Shown here: in pieces, positions 18,280-29,008 of the stretch
Layout: each line of letters begins with the position of its first letter
How positions within the stretch are numbered: the first letter of the stretch is position 1
From: Bacteroidota bacterium
Lineage (GTDB): Bacteria > Bacteroidota > Bacteroidia > Bacteroidales > UBA12077
Length of the DNA stretch: 64,000 bases
NCBI GenBank assembly: GCA_034189025.1
Contig: JAXHVS010000002.1
Span: 11,191 to 75,190 of the forward strand
Direction: 5' to 3'
The notes under the pieces: model-generated
Told to the model about the DNA's origin: nothing
Seen by the model: the letters and a program-made list of their open reading frames with translations, nothing else
Databases searched by the model: none
Program-made: the position numbers and the translations under genes

Positions 18280-20610
18280 TTATGATTCAATGATTTTTAG
18301 TTTAGCAAATTTTAATAAAAGTTGTTTTTCTCCAACTACCTCAAACAGCACCTTTGCTTTTTTGTTGGGTTCTTTTCCTTCAATTTTAATAACTTCTCCT
18401 AAACCGAACTTACTATGGCGGACAATCATTCCCTCATTTATTAAGTCAGGGCTGTCAGGAGTAAAATTATTGGCTATTTGTTCAGCAGCTTTTTTCCCGG
18501 CCTCGCTTATTTTTAATAATTTTTTACGGGCTTGAGGTATTGTCGCATTTATTCCGGGTTTTCTTTTTTCAAATTGTGGTTTGGATGAATTTTCAAATAT
18601 ATCATCTCCATCAGTAAAGGATGTTTGTGGGACCTCAAAAAACGATTCCGGAAGTTCCAGGTATTTTTCGTCTATCTCTTTGATAAACCTGCTGGGGCGG
18701 CAAAAGGTAGGCGTTCCCCATTTATATCTTTCGTGGGCAAAAGATATTATAGCTGATTCTTCAGCTCTGGTTAACGCTACATAAAACAACCTGCGTTCTT
18801 CTTCAAGCTCTTTTTGTGTTCCCGATGACATGGGGGAGGGGAATAAGTCTTCTTCTAACCCAACTAAAAAAACCTGTTTAAATTCAAGCCCTTTCGCCGA
18901 ATGAATCGTCATTATCGTAACCTTATTAAAATCTTCTTCTTTCTCATTATCCTGGTTGGTTAATAAGGCAACATTCTCCATAAATTTATCCAGGGATGGG
19001 AAAAAATCCGGGTCATCGTTATTATCAACATATTCTTTGATACCGTTTAATAGTTCCTCGAGGTTCTCCAGCCGGGTTTGTTCCTCATGCGATTGTGGAT
19101 TTTTGAACTCTTTCATAATGCCCGATTCATTGGCTATTTCTGTGGCAGCATCGAAAGCATCGTAACTTTTTATGTTTTCCGAGAAGTTGTTGATTAAGGT
19201 TTTGAACTGTATTAGCTTATTTTTTGTTCCCGCGTTTAGCCCTGATTGTACTTTTTCGATATTCAGCAATACATCCCAAAGATTCAACCCATTTTGTTTA
19301 GCAAAAGAGTCTATTTTAGTGATTGTGGTTTGTCCGATTCCACGGGTTGGATAATTGATAATGCGTAATAAAGCTTCATCATCTTTTTTGTTAACCGCCA
19401 GGCGAAAATAAGCCAACAGGTCTTTTATCTCTTTACGCTGGTAAAACGAGATACTTCCATATACCTTGTAAGGAATATTAAATTTTCGGAATGCTTCCTC
19501 AAAGCTTCTCGATTGAGCATTTGTCCGATAAAGAATGGCAAAATCTTTATATTCATAATTACGTTCTGCGATAGTATCTTCAATAATTCTTGCAATTTTA
19601 TAGGCCTCGTCTTTATCTGTGTCGGCCTCAATTACTTTTATCTTATCTCCGGTATCATTTTTAGAATAAACTTTTTTGGGAATTTGCTCTTTGTTTTTTT
19701 TAATGAGGCTATTTGCAGCATCAACAATTATTTTTGTTGAGCGGTAATTTTGTTCCAGTTTATATAAATTATATTCGGGATAATCATTTTTAAAATTTAG
19801 AATATTTTCAATTTTTGCTCCTCTAAAAGAATAAATACTTTGGGCATCGTCACCAACCACACAGACATTCTTCGTTTTTTCAGCCAGTTTTTTAATGATT
19901 AAATATTGTGCAAAATTGGTATCCTGATATTCATCTACCAGTATATATTTAAACTTATGTTGGTATTTTTCCAGGATATCAGGAAAATCCCTGAAAAGGA
20001 TATTGGTATTTAACAACAAATCATCAAAATCCATTGCATCAGCCTTCTTACATCTGTTGCTGTAGATCATAAAAATTTCACCCATTCGCGGACGTTTGTT
20101 TTTTTGATCCTGGATAAGGATTTGTTGGTTACTGTTGTATTCTTTTGCTGTAATCAGATTATTTTTTGCGCTGGATATGCGCCCATAAACTTGAGCTGGT
20201 TTGTAAGTTTTGTCATCTAATCCTAATTCTTTAATTATTTTTTTTACCAGGTTTTTCGAATCAATGGTATCATATATGGCATAATTAGATGTATATCCTA
20301 ATTTTTCGGCTTCGGTTCTAAGAATTCTTGCAAAGATGGAGTGAAAAGTTCCCATCCAAAGATTTCTGGCTACATCTTTTCCAATCATTGTGGCAATTCT
20401 GTTTTTCATCTCTGCAGCAGCCTTATTGGTAAATGTTAATGCTAAAATTTGATAGGCAGGAATTCCCTGTGCCAGCAAATGCGTTATCCGGTAGGTTAAT
20501 ACCCGTGTTTTTCCCGACCCTGCTCCGGCAATTACTAATGACGGGCCTTTATAATTGGTTACCGCATTTTTCTGTGCATCATTTAAATCATCTAAGTAAT
20601 TATAAATCAT
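18280..20610 (-). CDS. ATP-dependent DNA helicase, UvrD/PcrA/Rep family
   Basis: 776 aa; motif I AGAGSGKTRVLT, motif II VDEYQDTN, motif III GDDAQSIYSFRGA, QNYRST, TIHSAKGLEF. Confidence 0.9.
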   Translation of the reverse strand: MIYNYLDDLNDAQKNAVTNYKGPSLVIAGAGSGKTRVLTYRITHLLAQGIPAYQILALTFTNKAAAEMKNRIATMIGKDVARNLWMGTFHSIFARILRTEAEKLGYTSNYAIYDTIDSKNLVKKIIKELGLDDKTYKPAQVYGRISSAKNNLITAKEYNSNQQILIQDQKNKRPRMGEIFMIYSNRCKKADAMDFDDLLLNTNILFRDFPDILEKYQHKFKYILVDEYQDTNFAQYLIIKKLAEKTKNVCVVGDDAQSIYSFRGAKIENILNFKNDYPEYNLYKLEQNYRSTKIIVDAANSLIKKNKEQIPKKVYSKNDTGDKIKVIEADTDKDEAYKIARIIEDTIAERNYEYKDFAILYRTNAQSRSFEEAFRKFNIPYKVYGSISFYQRKEIKDLLAYFRLAVNKKDDEALLRIINYPTRGIGQTTITKIDSFAKQNGLNLWDVLLNIEKVQSGLNAGTKNKLIQFKTLINNFSENIKSYDAFDAATEIANESGIMKEFKNPQSHEEQTRLENLEELLNGIKEYVDNNDDPDFFPSLDKFMENVALLTNQDNEKEEDFNKVTIMTIHSAKGLEFKQVFLVGLEEDLFPSPMSSGTQKELEEERRLFYVALTRAEESAIISFAHERYKWGTPTFCRPSRFIKEIDEKYLELPESFFEVPQTSFTDGDDIFENSSKPQFEKRKPGINATIPQARKKLLKISEAGKKAAEQIANNFTPDSPDLINEGMIVRHSKFGLGEVIKIEGKEPNKKAKVLFEVVGEKQLLLKFAKLKIIES

Positions 20611-20837
20611 TATTTATTTTTTTTGAGATGAAAATTTACAAGCTGTAAAAATAAGGGCATAATTATGGCTAAACAAAACTTATATAAACTATTTTTTCAC
20701 AAAATGATTTCCCTTTGCTATCATGCAAGAAACTTAATTAAAAGTAAGTTGTACAATCCAAAAAAACATTTTAAATCATACAATTTTATTAACAGATAAT
20801 TGTTATTATTGTAGTTTTTATAAGGTATATATATTAT

Positions 20838-22208
20838 ATGTATAGATTATTTATTTTTCTTTTCACATGTTTACTTATTATTTGTGGGTCATCAGCCTTT
20901 TCGCAAATATCATCGAATGCTGATTTTTCAGAAGCTACAACCTTTGATGAAAATATTAAAATTTTTGTTTTTTGTACGGATGATGATAATGGAGGCATGC
21001 TAACGGCAACCGATTCTTCCGGTATTGGAGGGTATGCTTTTGAGTGGTTTAAATACAATGAGGAAGATACAGTATTTAATATTCCCATTAATGAAAATAT
21101 AACAATTACTTCTGATTCGGTGAGCTCAACCGTTCAAAACCTGGCATCTGGAGGATATAAAGCAAGGCTGACAAAAGAAGATACCACGCAAGAATATATT
21201 GTCTGGATATATAACAATACCTATTTGTCTATTGATATACAGGTTTTAAATCCTTTGGCTTGCGATTTGCTTGAATTAAATGCACCAACCAATTTTGAAA
21301 CCGATTTTTATTTTTATGATACAATTGATGGAACAGCTTACCTTTTAGAGAATGGGAAAGAGCTATATAACTGGAGCTCGGAGCCTGAGCTGGAAAGTTT
21401 GCGCAATTATAATTACTCCTATACAAGCACAGCTATTTTGCCCACAGAGAACACCACTTTTTATGTAACCATAACGGATCGTTTTGGCTGCCAGGCAGAA
21501 GATTTTGTTGACTATACTGCTGTAGCTACCAAAGCCAAATTTAATATTTCTTCGATTGATGATGATGGATTGGTTTTAGAAACCAGTGAAGAATCGATTT
21601 CCGGATCAGCCCCACTAAAAATCCGATTTGAAAATTTATCAGAAAATGGATACAGGTACACTTACTTTTTTGGGGATACCTTAATTGATAATGATAAAGA
21701 TACCATTATTACCACTGATCTTTCTTTACAACCGGAACATACCTATTATTATAGTGCTCCCGATTCGGGGAAAACATATACTTCATGGTTAAAAAGTGAA
21801 AGTAGTTATGGCTGTATTGATTCAATGTCATTAGATATCTTTATTGAACCAACATCCATTGAATTTCCAAATGTATTTACTCCCAATAATGATAATATTA
21901 ATGATGTATATCAATTAACCGATTTTAAGTCGATTCGAAATTTTAAAATAACAATATTTAACAGAGTAGGGCAGGTTGTCCATCAATTTGAAGGTGATGC
22001 CCGGGATTGGGCTGGCTGGGATGGCACCGTTAAGAATAGTAACCGTGAAGCCCCCGAAGGAAATTATTTTTTTGTGGTTGAAGTTTTGGGTTGGGATACG
22101 AAAGAGTATAACAACAAAAACTTGAATTATATTGGTGTTACTGATGCTATTGAAGACGGACAAAACTCAGGTGGAAATTTTTTTGGTATCGTCCGGTTGT
22201 TTAGATAA
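20838..22208 (+). CDS. secreted protein with T9SS type-B (gliding-motility-associated) C-terminal sorting domain
   Basis: Signal peptide MYRLFIFLFTCLLIICGSSAFSQ; PKD-like block GSAPLKIRFENLS...YFFGD. The C-terminal ~95 aa start FPNVFTPNNDNINDVY and end GIVRLFR, the pattern of the type-B CTD. Confidence 0.75.
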   Translation: MYRLFIFLFTCLLIICGSSAFSQISSNADFSEATTFDENIKIFVFCTDDDNGGMLTATDSSGIGGYAFEWFKYNEEDTVFNIPINENITITSDSVSSTVQNLASGGYKARLTKEDTTQEYIVWIYNNTYLSIDIQVLNPLACDLLELNAPTNFETDFYFYDTIDGTAYLLENGKELYNWSSEPELESLRNYNYSYTSTAILPTENTTFYVTITDRFGCQAEDFVDYTAVATKAKFNISSIDDDGLVLETSEESISGSAPLKIRFENLSENGYRYTYFFGDTLIDNDKDTIITTDLSLQPEHTYYYSAPDSGKTYTSWLKSESSYGCIDSMSLDIFIEPTSIEFPNVFTPNNDNINDVYQLTDFKSIRNFKITIFNRVGQVVHQFEGDARDWAGWDGTVKNSNREAPEGNYFFVVEVLGWDTKEYNNKNLNYIGVTDAIEDGQNSGGNFFGIVRLFR

Positions 22209-22239
22209 AATGATCTATAATAAATATATAGGTATAAAA

Positions 22240-22409
22240 AAAGAGGGTGTCCAAAAAGGTTTGAAAAAGACATTCCGAACGAAGTGAAGGAACCGCAGCA
22301 CGAAGTGCAAGCTCAACGAAGTTAATCTTTTTGAATTGATAATCAACAGATTCCTTCGTCGTTTCTCCTCGGAATGACGATAATTTTTGACTTTTTAGAC
22401 ACCCTCTTT
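22240..22409. repeat. 170-bp nested inverted-repeat (REP/MITE-like) intergenic element
   Basis: Outer arms AAAGAGGGTGTCCAAAAAG (22240-22258) and CTTTTTAGACACCCTCTTT (22391-22409) are reverse complements with 1 mismatch. Inner arms CATTCCGA (22271-22278) / TCGGAATG (22369-22376) and GAAGGAA / TTCCTTC also pair. Three ACGAAGT copies lie at 22279, 22300 and 22316. Confidence 0.6.
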
Positions 22410-22433
22410 ATTTATATAAAGAATTAATTATCT

Positions 22434-24590
22434 CTATTCTTCTTCTTCCTGCTCTTCGAAAGCTTTCATTAATTTTTCCTGAACATCCATTGGAACCTGC
22501 TCATATTTTGCAAATTTCATGGTATAGGTTGCTCTACCTCCGGTTAATGAGCTTAATGCAGTAGAATATTTATTGAGCTCAGCTAAAGGAACTTTTGCAT
22601 TAATTTTTTCAAACCCTTTATCACTATTCATGCCTTCGATCATGGCTCTTCTGCCTTGTAAATCACTCATAACATCACCCATTCTGTCGGATGGAACAAG
22701 AACCTCCACATCATAAATAGGTTCCATAATTTTAGGGCCAGCATTTTTAAAAGCTGCTTTAAAAGCATTTCTACCGGCAAGTTTAAACGAAATTTCGTTT
22801 GAATCAACCGGGTGCATTTTACCATCATATACAGCAACCCTGATATCGCGTGCATAAGAACCAGTTAGCGGCCCTTCTTCCATTTTCTCCATAATACCTT
22901 TTAAAATTGCAGGTAAGAAACGAGCATCAATGGCACCACCAACAATACAGTTATAATATACTAATTTACCACCCCATGGTAAAGCATGCTCTTCTTTATT
23001 TCTTACCGATACTTTTATCTCTTTTCCATTTACTTTATAAACGGTAGGGTCCGGCATACCTTCTTTGTAAGGTTCTATAACCATATGCACTTCACCAAAC
23101 TGGCCTGAACCTCCCGACTGCTTCTTGTGTCGGTAGCTCGATTCTGCAACTTTGGTAATTGTTTCACGATATGGTATTCTGGTTGGATAAAATTCAGTTT
23201 CAATTTTATAGATATTGTCAAGATGCCATTTTACCATATTATTTAAATGATACTCACCTTGTCCGTAAAGTATAATTTGTTTTAATTCTTTCGAATATTC
23301 AACTTTTACTGTTGGGTCAATTTCATGTATACGGGATAAGGCTTCGCCTAATTTTTCATCATCCGACTCGTTAACGGCTTTTATTGCTGTTCTGTGTTTA
23401 GCTTCGGGAAATGAAATTTCAGGAAACTTAATTGATTTTTTAGGATCAGATAAAGTATGATTTGTTTTGGTATTTTTTAGTTTAACTGCTGCACCAATAT
23501 CACCAGCAACAAGCTTAGTTACCTTAGTTCTGTTTTTCCCTGCCACAGCATACAATTGAGAAAATCTTTCTTTAGTAGATGTGTTGTTGTTAGTTAAATC
23601 CATTCCTTCGGCAACACTTCCGGAAAGTACTTTGAAATAATTGATTTCGCCAATATGCGACTCATTGGCAGTTTTAAAAATAAACAAACCTGTAGGGCCA
23701 TCTTCTTTGCATTCAACTTTTTCGCCATCAGTAGTTTCAGCAGCAGGCATCATATTTGGCGCTGGCACTACATTCGTTATAAACTCTAAAATTCTTTTAA
23801 TGCCATAATTTTTTTCTGCCGAGGCACAAAATAAAGGAAACATCCCTCTGTTAATTAAGCCTGCTAAAATACCCTTTCTCATTTCATCCTCATCCAGAGA
23901 TTCTTTTTCAAAAAACAGTTCCATCAATTGCTCGTCATTCTCAGCAGCTGATTCAACTAAAGCATTATGTAATTCTTCTGCAGTATCTTTTTGGTCAGCA
24001 GGAATATCAAGAATCTCTCTGTCGCCCTTATCATTGAATTTGTACATCTTCATGGTTAAAACATCAATGATGGCATTAAAATCTGGGCCAGTAGCAACAG
24101 GATATTGTACGACAACCATTTTGTTACCAAAAGCAGTTTTTAATGACTCTATAGCTTTTTCATGGTTTGCACCTTCATGATCTAATTTGTTTAAAACAAA
24201 TATTAAAGGTTTATTATATTTTTCACAATGTCTGCTTAAAATCTCGGTACCAACTTCAACTCCATGTTGAGCATTAACTAACATAACTGCCTGGTCTGCT
24301 GCATAAAATGAAGATATAACTCCTCCAATAAAATCGTCAGCACCAGGAGTATCGATTATATTAATTTTATGATCATTAAATTCGGTATATAAAACAGTGG
24401 AAAATACTGAATTTAGGTTTTCATGTTCAATTTCATTATAGTCGGAAGCAGTGTTTTGTCCATCAATACTTCCTTTTCTTTCAATTACTCCTCCTTCAAA
24501 GAGCATCGCTTCGGCCAGGGTTGTTTTACCCGAACCCGCATTTCCAATCAAAGCGATATTCCTTATTTTATCCGTTTGATAAGTTTTCAT
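22434..24590 (-). CDS. elongation factor G paralog (EF-G-II / FusA2-like translational GTPase)
   Basis: 718 aa; G1 GNAGSGKTT, G3 DTPGADDF, G4 NKLD. EF-G-like domains II-V are recognisable (e.g. ...SGGSGQFG..., C-terminal PLAELNKYSTALSSLTGGRATY). Confidence 0.85.
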   Translation of the reverse strand: MKTYQTDKIRNIALIGNAGSGKTTLAEAMLFEGGVIERKGSIDGQNTASDYNEIEHENLNSVFSTVLYTEFNDHKINIIDTPGADDFIGGVISSFYAADQAVMLVNAQHGVEVGTEILSRHCEKYNKPLIFVLNKLDHEGANHEKAIESLKTAFGNKMVVVQYPVATGPDFNAIIDVLTMKMYKFNDKGDREILDIPADQKDTAEELHNALVESAAENDEQLMELFFEKESLDEDEMRKGILAGLINRGMFPLFCASAEKNYGIKRILEFITNVVPAPNMMPAAETTDGEKVECKEDGPTGLFIFKTANESHIGEINYFKVLSGSVAEGMDLTNNNTSTKERFSQLYAVAGKNRTKVTKLVAGDIGAAVKLKNTKTNHTLSDPKKSIKFPEISFPEAKHRTAIKAVNESDDEKLGEALSRIHEIDPTVKVEYSKELKQIILYGQGEYHLNNMVKWHLDNIYKIETEFYPTRIPYRETITKVAESSYRHKKQSGGSGQFGEVHMVIEPYKEGMPDPTVYKVNGKEIKVSVRNKEEHALPWGGKLVYYNCIVGGAIDARFLPAILKGIMEKMEEGPLTGSYARDIRVAVYDGKMHPVDSNEISFKLAGRNAFKAAFKNAGPKIMEPIYDVEVLVPSDRMGDVMSDLQGRRAMIEGMNSDKGFEKINAKVPLAELNKYSTALSSLTGGRATYTMKFAKYEQVPMDVQEKLMKAFEEQEEEE

Positions 24591-24670
24591 ATGTATTTTA
24601 AGATTTAATGAATAATTATTATAACTTTTTTAAAAACAACACATTTATTATAAGATAGATAAACGGGCTT

Positions 24671-24701
24671 CAAAAATAGTAAAATTTTATCAACACACAA
24701 G
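24671..24701 (-). promoter_or_regulatory. candidate promoter for the EF-G paralog
   Basis: Minus strand reads CTTG-N19-TATTTTTG (TAnnTTTG -7 box = plus 24671-24678), about 80 nt upstream of the ATG at 24590. Confidence 0.3.
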
Positions 24702-24796
24702 TGATGGATTATAATATTATATAGGTATTGATTATTTTTATTTTCTCTTTAATATCTTTCTAAATAAGGCGGACTAAATAATTTAATTTCAAATCA

Positions 24797-24828
24797 TTTG
24801 TAATTTATCAAAAAAGATTTTAATTTTG
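24797..24828 (+). promoter_or_regulatory. candidate distal promoter upstream of rpsL
   Basis: TTTG (24797-24800)-N20-TAATTTTG (24821-24828), matching the Bacteroides-type -33/-7 consensus and spacing. Confidence 0.35.
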
Positions 24829-24959
24829 CGGCATTTTCCGACAAGAAATTTGTGGTTAAATTAATCAAAATCAATGAATTTTAAATTTTAAGAGGTTTGT
24901 TTCAGTAGTATGAATAAATCTTCTGAAACATTTAAAAATTAAGAAATAAATTTAAATAT

Positions 24960-24992
24960 TTTGTGGGTTTTTAAAAAAAAAGAATACCTTTG
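24960..24992 (+). promoter_or_regulatory. candidate proximal promoter of the str/ribosomal-protein cluster
   Basis: TTTG (24960-24963)-N21-TACCTTTG (24985-24992); leaves a ~36-nt leader before the rpsL ATG at 25036. Confidence 0.45.
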
Positions 24993-25035
24993 CGAACCGA
25001 TTTTGTAAAAAAAAATAATTTAAATAATTAACTAT

Positions 25036-25410
25036 ATGCCTACAATACAGCAGTTAGTAAGAAAAGGAAGAAAACAAATTGTAGAGAAGAAGAAGGCTCC
25101 TGCTTTGGATGCATGTCCACAAAGAAGAGGTGTTTGTACCCGAGTATATACTACAACACCAAAGAAGCCAAACTCTGCTATGCGAAAAGTTGCCAGGGTT
25201 AGGTTAACCAATGGTAAAGAAGTAAATGCTTATATCCCGGGAGAAGGCCATAATTTACAAGAACACTCCATTGTACTAATTAGAGGAGGTAGGGTGAAAG
25301 ACTTACCTGGTGTTCGTTATCATCTTATTCGTGGTGCTCTTGATACTTCCGGAGTAGAAGGTAGAACCCAGCGACGTTCAAAATATGGAACTAAAAGACC
25401 AAAAAAATAA
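25036..25410 (+). CDS. rpsL: 30S ribosomal protein S12
   Basis: [12 protein letters not shown]...[18 protein letters not shown]...: hallmark S12 sequence; first gene of the str operon. Confidence 0.97.
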   Translation: MPTIQQLVRKGRKQIVEKKKAPALDACPQRRGVCTRVYTTTPKKPNSAMRKVARVRLTNGKEVNAYIPGEGHNLQEHSIVLIRGGRVKDLPGVRYHLIRGALDTSGVEGRTQRRSKYGTKRPKK

Positions 25411-25435
25411 ACTAACGCAAACCGTTTAGAAAGAA

Positions 25436-25912
25436 ATGAGAAAGTCAAAACCAAAACAGAGGATAATATTACCGGATCCAAAATATAACGATACGTTAGT
25501 AACCCGATTTGTTAACGATCTAATGATGGATGGTAAAAAAAATATTGCGTTGAATATTTTTTATGATGCAATGGATATCGTTGCAGAAAAAAATAAAGAT
25601 AAAGAAAAATCTGCTTTAGAGATTTGGAAAAAAGCATTAGAAAATATTACGCCTATGGTAGAGGTTAAAAGTAGGCGGATTGGTGGTGCTACTTTTCAGG
25701 TTCCTATGGAAGTTTCTCCCAAAAGAAAGACAGCTATTAGTATCAGGAATCTGATAAAATTTGCTCGTCAGCGTAGCGGTAGAAATATGGCTGAAAAATT
25801 AGCACAGGAAATTATTGCTGCCTATAATGAAGAAGGTGGAGCATTTAAACGTAAAGAAGAAACACATAGAATGGCCGATGCGAATAAAGCATTCGCTCAT
25901 TTTAGATTTTAA
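25436..25912 (+). CDS. rpsG: 30S ribosomal protein S7
   Basis: 158 aa; ...PDPKYND.LV.RF.N..M.DGKK... and C-terminal [10 protein letters not shown]; follows rpsL. Confidence 0.96.
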   Translation: MRKSKPKQRIILPDPKYNDTLVTRFVNDLMMDGKKNIALNIFYDAMDIVAEKNKDKEKSALEIWKKALENITPMVEVKSRRIGGATFQVPMEVSPKRKTAISIRNLIKFARQRSGRNMAEKLAQEIIAAYNEEGGAFKRKEETHRMADANKAFAHFRF

Positions 25913-25944
25913 ACAGAAGTAAAAAGGGGTAGATAAAAGTAGAG

Positions 25945-28053
25945 ATGAATAAGACTTTGCACAATACCAGAAATATCGGAATCATGGCTCATATTGACGC
26001 CGGGAAAACCACTACAACAGAACGTATTCTGTTTTATACTGGTATTACACATCGTATTGGCGAAGTACATGATGGAGCTGCTACCATGGACTGGATGGTT
26101 CAGGAGCAAGAACGTGGGATTACAATTACTTCTGCTGCAACTACTGCTTTTTGGAAGTATAAAGATCAGGAATATAAAATTAATATTATAGATACCCCCG
26201 GACACGTCGATTTTACAGTAGAGGTAGAAAGATCTTTACGTGTACTCGATGGCGCTATTGCTGTATTTTGTGCTGTTGGTGGAGTTGAACCTCAATCGGA
26301 AACCGTTTGGAGACAAGCCGATAAATATCATGTTCCAAGAATGGCCTTTGTAAATAAAATGGACCGTTCTGGTGCAGATTTCTTTTCTGTAGTTAATCAA
26401 ATTAAAGAAAAGTTAGGGTCAAATCCGGTTCCTTTACAAATACCTATTGGTTCAGAAGAGTCCTTTAGAGGAGTAATTGATCTTATCGAAAATAAGGCGG
26501 TTGTTTGGCATGATGATCAAACACTGGGAACAAATTACGAATTAGTTGAAATTCCGGATGAGTTAAAAGAAGAAGCATCAGAGTGGAGAGGTAAATTAAT
26601 TGAAGCTGTAGCTGAACACGATGATGCTTTATTGGAAAGATTTTTTGAAGATCCCGATTCTATTACAAAAGATGAAATGTTAGCTGTTATTCGCAAAGCA
26701 ACTATTGAAATGACAATTACACCGGTGCTTTGTGGATCAGCATTTAAAAATAAAGGCGTTCAACGATTACTCGATTCTATTATTGCATTTTTACCCAGCC
26801 CGCTTGATGTTGGGAATATTAAAGGAATTAATCCTAAAAACGACCAGGAAGTTGAACGTAAACCAGATGTTAATGAACCACTTGCTGCATTAGCATTTAA
26901 AATTGCTACCGACCCTTATGTTGGTAGATTGGCTTTTTTAAGAGTATATTCAGGGAAAATTGATGCTGGTTCCTATGTTTTAAATGTAAGAACCGGAAAA
27001 CGCGAAAGAATTTCTCGTTTATATCAAATGCATGCCAATAAACAAAATCCAAAAGATTTTATTGAAGCTGGAGATATTTGTGCTGCAGTAGGGTTTAAAG
27101 ATTTAAGAACCGGCGATACCCTTTGCAATGAAAAACATCAGATTGCATTGGAATCAATGGAGTTTCCTGAACCAGTAATTGGAATTGCTGTTGAACCAAA
27201 AACTCAAAAGGACCTGGATAAATTAAATCTAGCCTTACAGAAATTGGCCGAAGAAGATCCTACTTTTACTGTAAAAGTAGATGAAGATTCTGGTCAGACT
27301 GTAATTAGTGGAATGGGAGAATTACATTTGGAAATTTTACTCGATCGTTTAGTTCGTGAATTTAAAGTTGAATGTAACCAGGGAGCACCACAAGTTAATT
27401 ATAAAGAAGCAATTACAAAAGAAGTTGAACACCGCGAAGTATTTAAAAAGCAAACTGGTGGTAGAGGTAAATTTGCCGATATTCAAGTTATTATTGGCCC
27501 TGCTGATGATGAAGCTAAAGAACTTCAATTTATTGATAAAATAAAAGGTGGAAATATTCCTAAAGAATATATACCTGCAATTCAAAAAGGTTTTAAAGAG
27601 GCGATGTATAATGGTGTATTGGCAGGTTATCCTGTTGATAGCCTGAAAGTAACATTGATTGATGGATCATATCACGATGTGGATTCAGACGCATTATCTT
27701 TTGAAATTGCAGCAAAAATGGCTTTTAAAGCTGCTTGTGCAAAAGCTAAACCAGTTCTTTTAGAACCGATTATGGCTGCTGAAGTTGTTACTCCCGAAGA
27801 ATATATGGGAGACATTATTAGCGACTTTAACAGACGAAGAGGTAAGGTAGAAGGAATGGAAAATAGAGGTGGAGCAAGAGTAATAAAAGCTAAAGTACCA
27901 TTAGCCGAAAAATTTGGCTATGTAACAGTGCTACGGACAATTAGTTCAGGACGAGCTACTTCATCTATGGAATTTTCTCATTACGAAGAAGTTCCCAAAG
28001 AAATAGCTAAAGAGATTGTAGAGAAAACAAAAGGAAAAAGCGAATTTGTTTAA
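25945..28053 (+). CDS. fusA: elongation factor G (canonical)
   Basis: 702 aa; G1 [10 protein letters not shown]3 DTPGHVDF, G4 NKMD; str-operon position. Confidence 0.97.
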   Translation: MNKTLHNTRNIGIMAHIDAGKTTTTERILFYTGITHRIGEVHDGAATMDWMVQEQERGITITSAATTAFWKYKDQEYKINIIDTPGHVDFTVEVERSLRVLDGAIAVFCAVGGVEPQSETVWRQADKYHVPRMAFVNKMDRSGADFFSVVNQIKEKLGSNPVPLQIPIGSEESFRGVIDLIENKAVVWHDDQTLGTNYELVEIPDELKEEASEWRGKLIEAVAEHDDALLERFFEDPDSITKDEMLAVIRKATIEMTITPVLCGSAFKNKGVQRLLDSIIAFLPSPLDVGNIKGINPKNDQEVERKPDVNEPLAALAFKIATDPYVGRLAFLRVYSGKIDAGSYVLNVRTGKRERISRLYQMHANKQNPKDFIEAGDICAAVGFKDLRTGDTLCNEKHQIALESMEFPEPVIGIAVEPKTQKDLDKLNLALQKLAEEDPTFTVKVDEDSGQTVISGMGELHLEILLDRLVREFKVECNQGAPQVNYKEAITKEVEHREVFKKQTGGRGKFADIQVIIGPADDEAKELQFIDKIKGGNIPKEYIPAIQKGFKEAMYNGVLAGYPVDSLKVTLIDGSYHDVDSDALSFEIAAKMAFKAACAKAKPVLLEPIMAAEVVTPEEYMGDIISDFNRRRGKVEGMENRGGARVIKAKVPLAEKFGYVTVLRTISSGRATSSMEFSHYEEVPKEIAKEIVEKTKGKSEFV

Positions 28054-28064
28054 TTTGGATAAGA

Positions 28065-28370
28065 ATGAGCCAAAAGATTAGAATTAAATTAAAATCTTAC
28101 GATCACAACCTGGTAGATAAATCTGCCGAAAAGATCGTAAAAACAGTAAAATCTACTGGAGCTGTAGTAAGTGGCCCTATTCCACTACCTACGCATAAAA
28201 GAGTTTTTACAGTATTACGTTCTCCATTTGTAAATAAAAAATCGAGAGAACAATTTCAGTTATCATCTTATAAACGTTTGTTGGATATTTACAGTTCAAC
28301 ACCAAAAACGATTGATGCTTTGATGAAGCTGGAATTACCAAGTGGAGTTGAAGTAGAAATTAAAGTATAA
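28065..28370 (+). CDS. rpsJ: 30S ribosomal protein S10
   Basis: 101 aa; [14 protein letters not shown]...GPIPLPT; first gene of the S10 block. Confidence 0.96.
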   Translation: MSQKIRIKLKSYDHNLVDKSAEKIVKTVKSTGAVVSGPIPLPTHKRVFTVLRSPFVNKKSREQFQLSSYKRLLDIYSSTPKTIDALMKLELPSGVEVEIKV

Positions 28371-28390
28371 TAAAGAAAAAAAGGAAAGCG

Positions 28391-29008
28391 ATGCCAGGAT
28401 TAATTGGAAAAAAGATTGGAATGACTTCCATCTTCAGTGCCGAGGGAAAAAATATTCCATGCACTGTTATTGAGGCCGGGCCATGTGTGGTAACACAGGT
28501 AAAAACCGTTGAAAATGACGGATATCATGCTTACCAACTGGCTTATGATGAAAAAAAAGAGAAAAACACGCCCAAACCGATGATTGGCCACTTTAAAAAA
28601 GCAAATCAAACTCCTAAAAGAGTTTTGCATGAGTTTAAGAACTTTGCTAAAGATTATAAAGTAGGCGAAGATGTTAACATCGATATATTTAACGAGGATA
28701 TGTGGGTTGACGTAACAGGATTTTCTAAAGGAAAAGGTTTCCAGGGTGTTGTTAAACGACATGGATTCCGAGGTGTTGGAGGACAAACACACGGCCAGCA
28801 CAATCGAGGCAGAGCTCCTGGTTCGTTAGGTGCTTCATCATATCCTTCAAGAGTATTTAAAGGAATGAGAATGGCCGGACAAACGGGTAATAAAAAAGTT
28901 AAGCTCATCAACCTTAAAGTTATGAAGGTTATTAAAGAGAATAATTTATTAGTTGTTAAGGGATCAGTTCCTGGTGCAAATGGATCATATTTAATTATTC
29001 AAAAGTAA
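28391..29008 (+). CDS. rplC: 50S ribosomal protein L3
   Basis: [15 protein letters not shown]...[13 protein letters not shown]; conserved order. Confidence 0.96.
   Translation: MPGLIGKKIGMTSIFSAEGKNIPCTVIEAGPCVVTQVKTVENDGYHAYQLAYDEKKEKNTPKPMIGHFKKANQTPKRVLHEFKNFAKDYKVGEDVNIDIFNEDMWVDVTGFSKGKGFQGVVKRHGFRGVGGQTHGQHNRGRAPGSLGASSYPSRVFKGMRMAGQTGNKKVKLINLKVMKVIKENNLLVVKGSVPGANGSYLIIQK

Noticed and set aside
22434-24590. Considered whether the second EF-G-like gene is a Tet(M)/Tet(Q)-type ribosomal protection (tetracycline resistance) gene
   Set aside because: At 718 aa it is longer than those proteins as I recall them, its G1/G3 motifs differ (they keep DTPGH), and there is no mobile-element context. 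Better described as an EF-G-II-like paralog.
25909-26205. 98-aa minus-strand ORF across the rpsG/fusA junction
   Set aside because: It overlaps two highly conserved genes in antisense and has no motif or start context.
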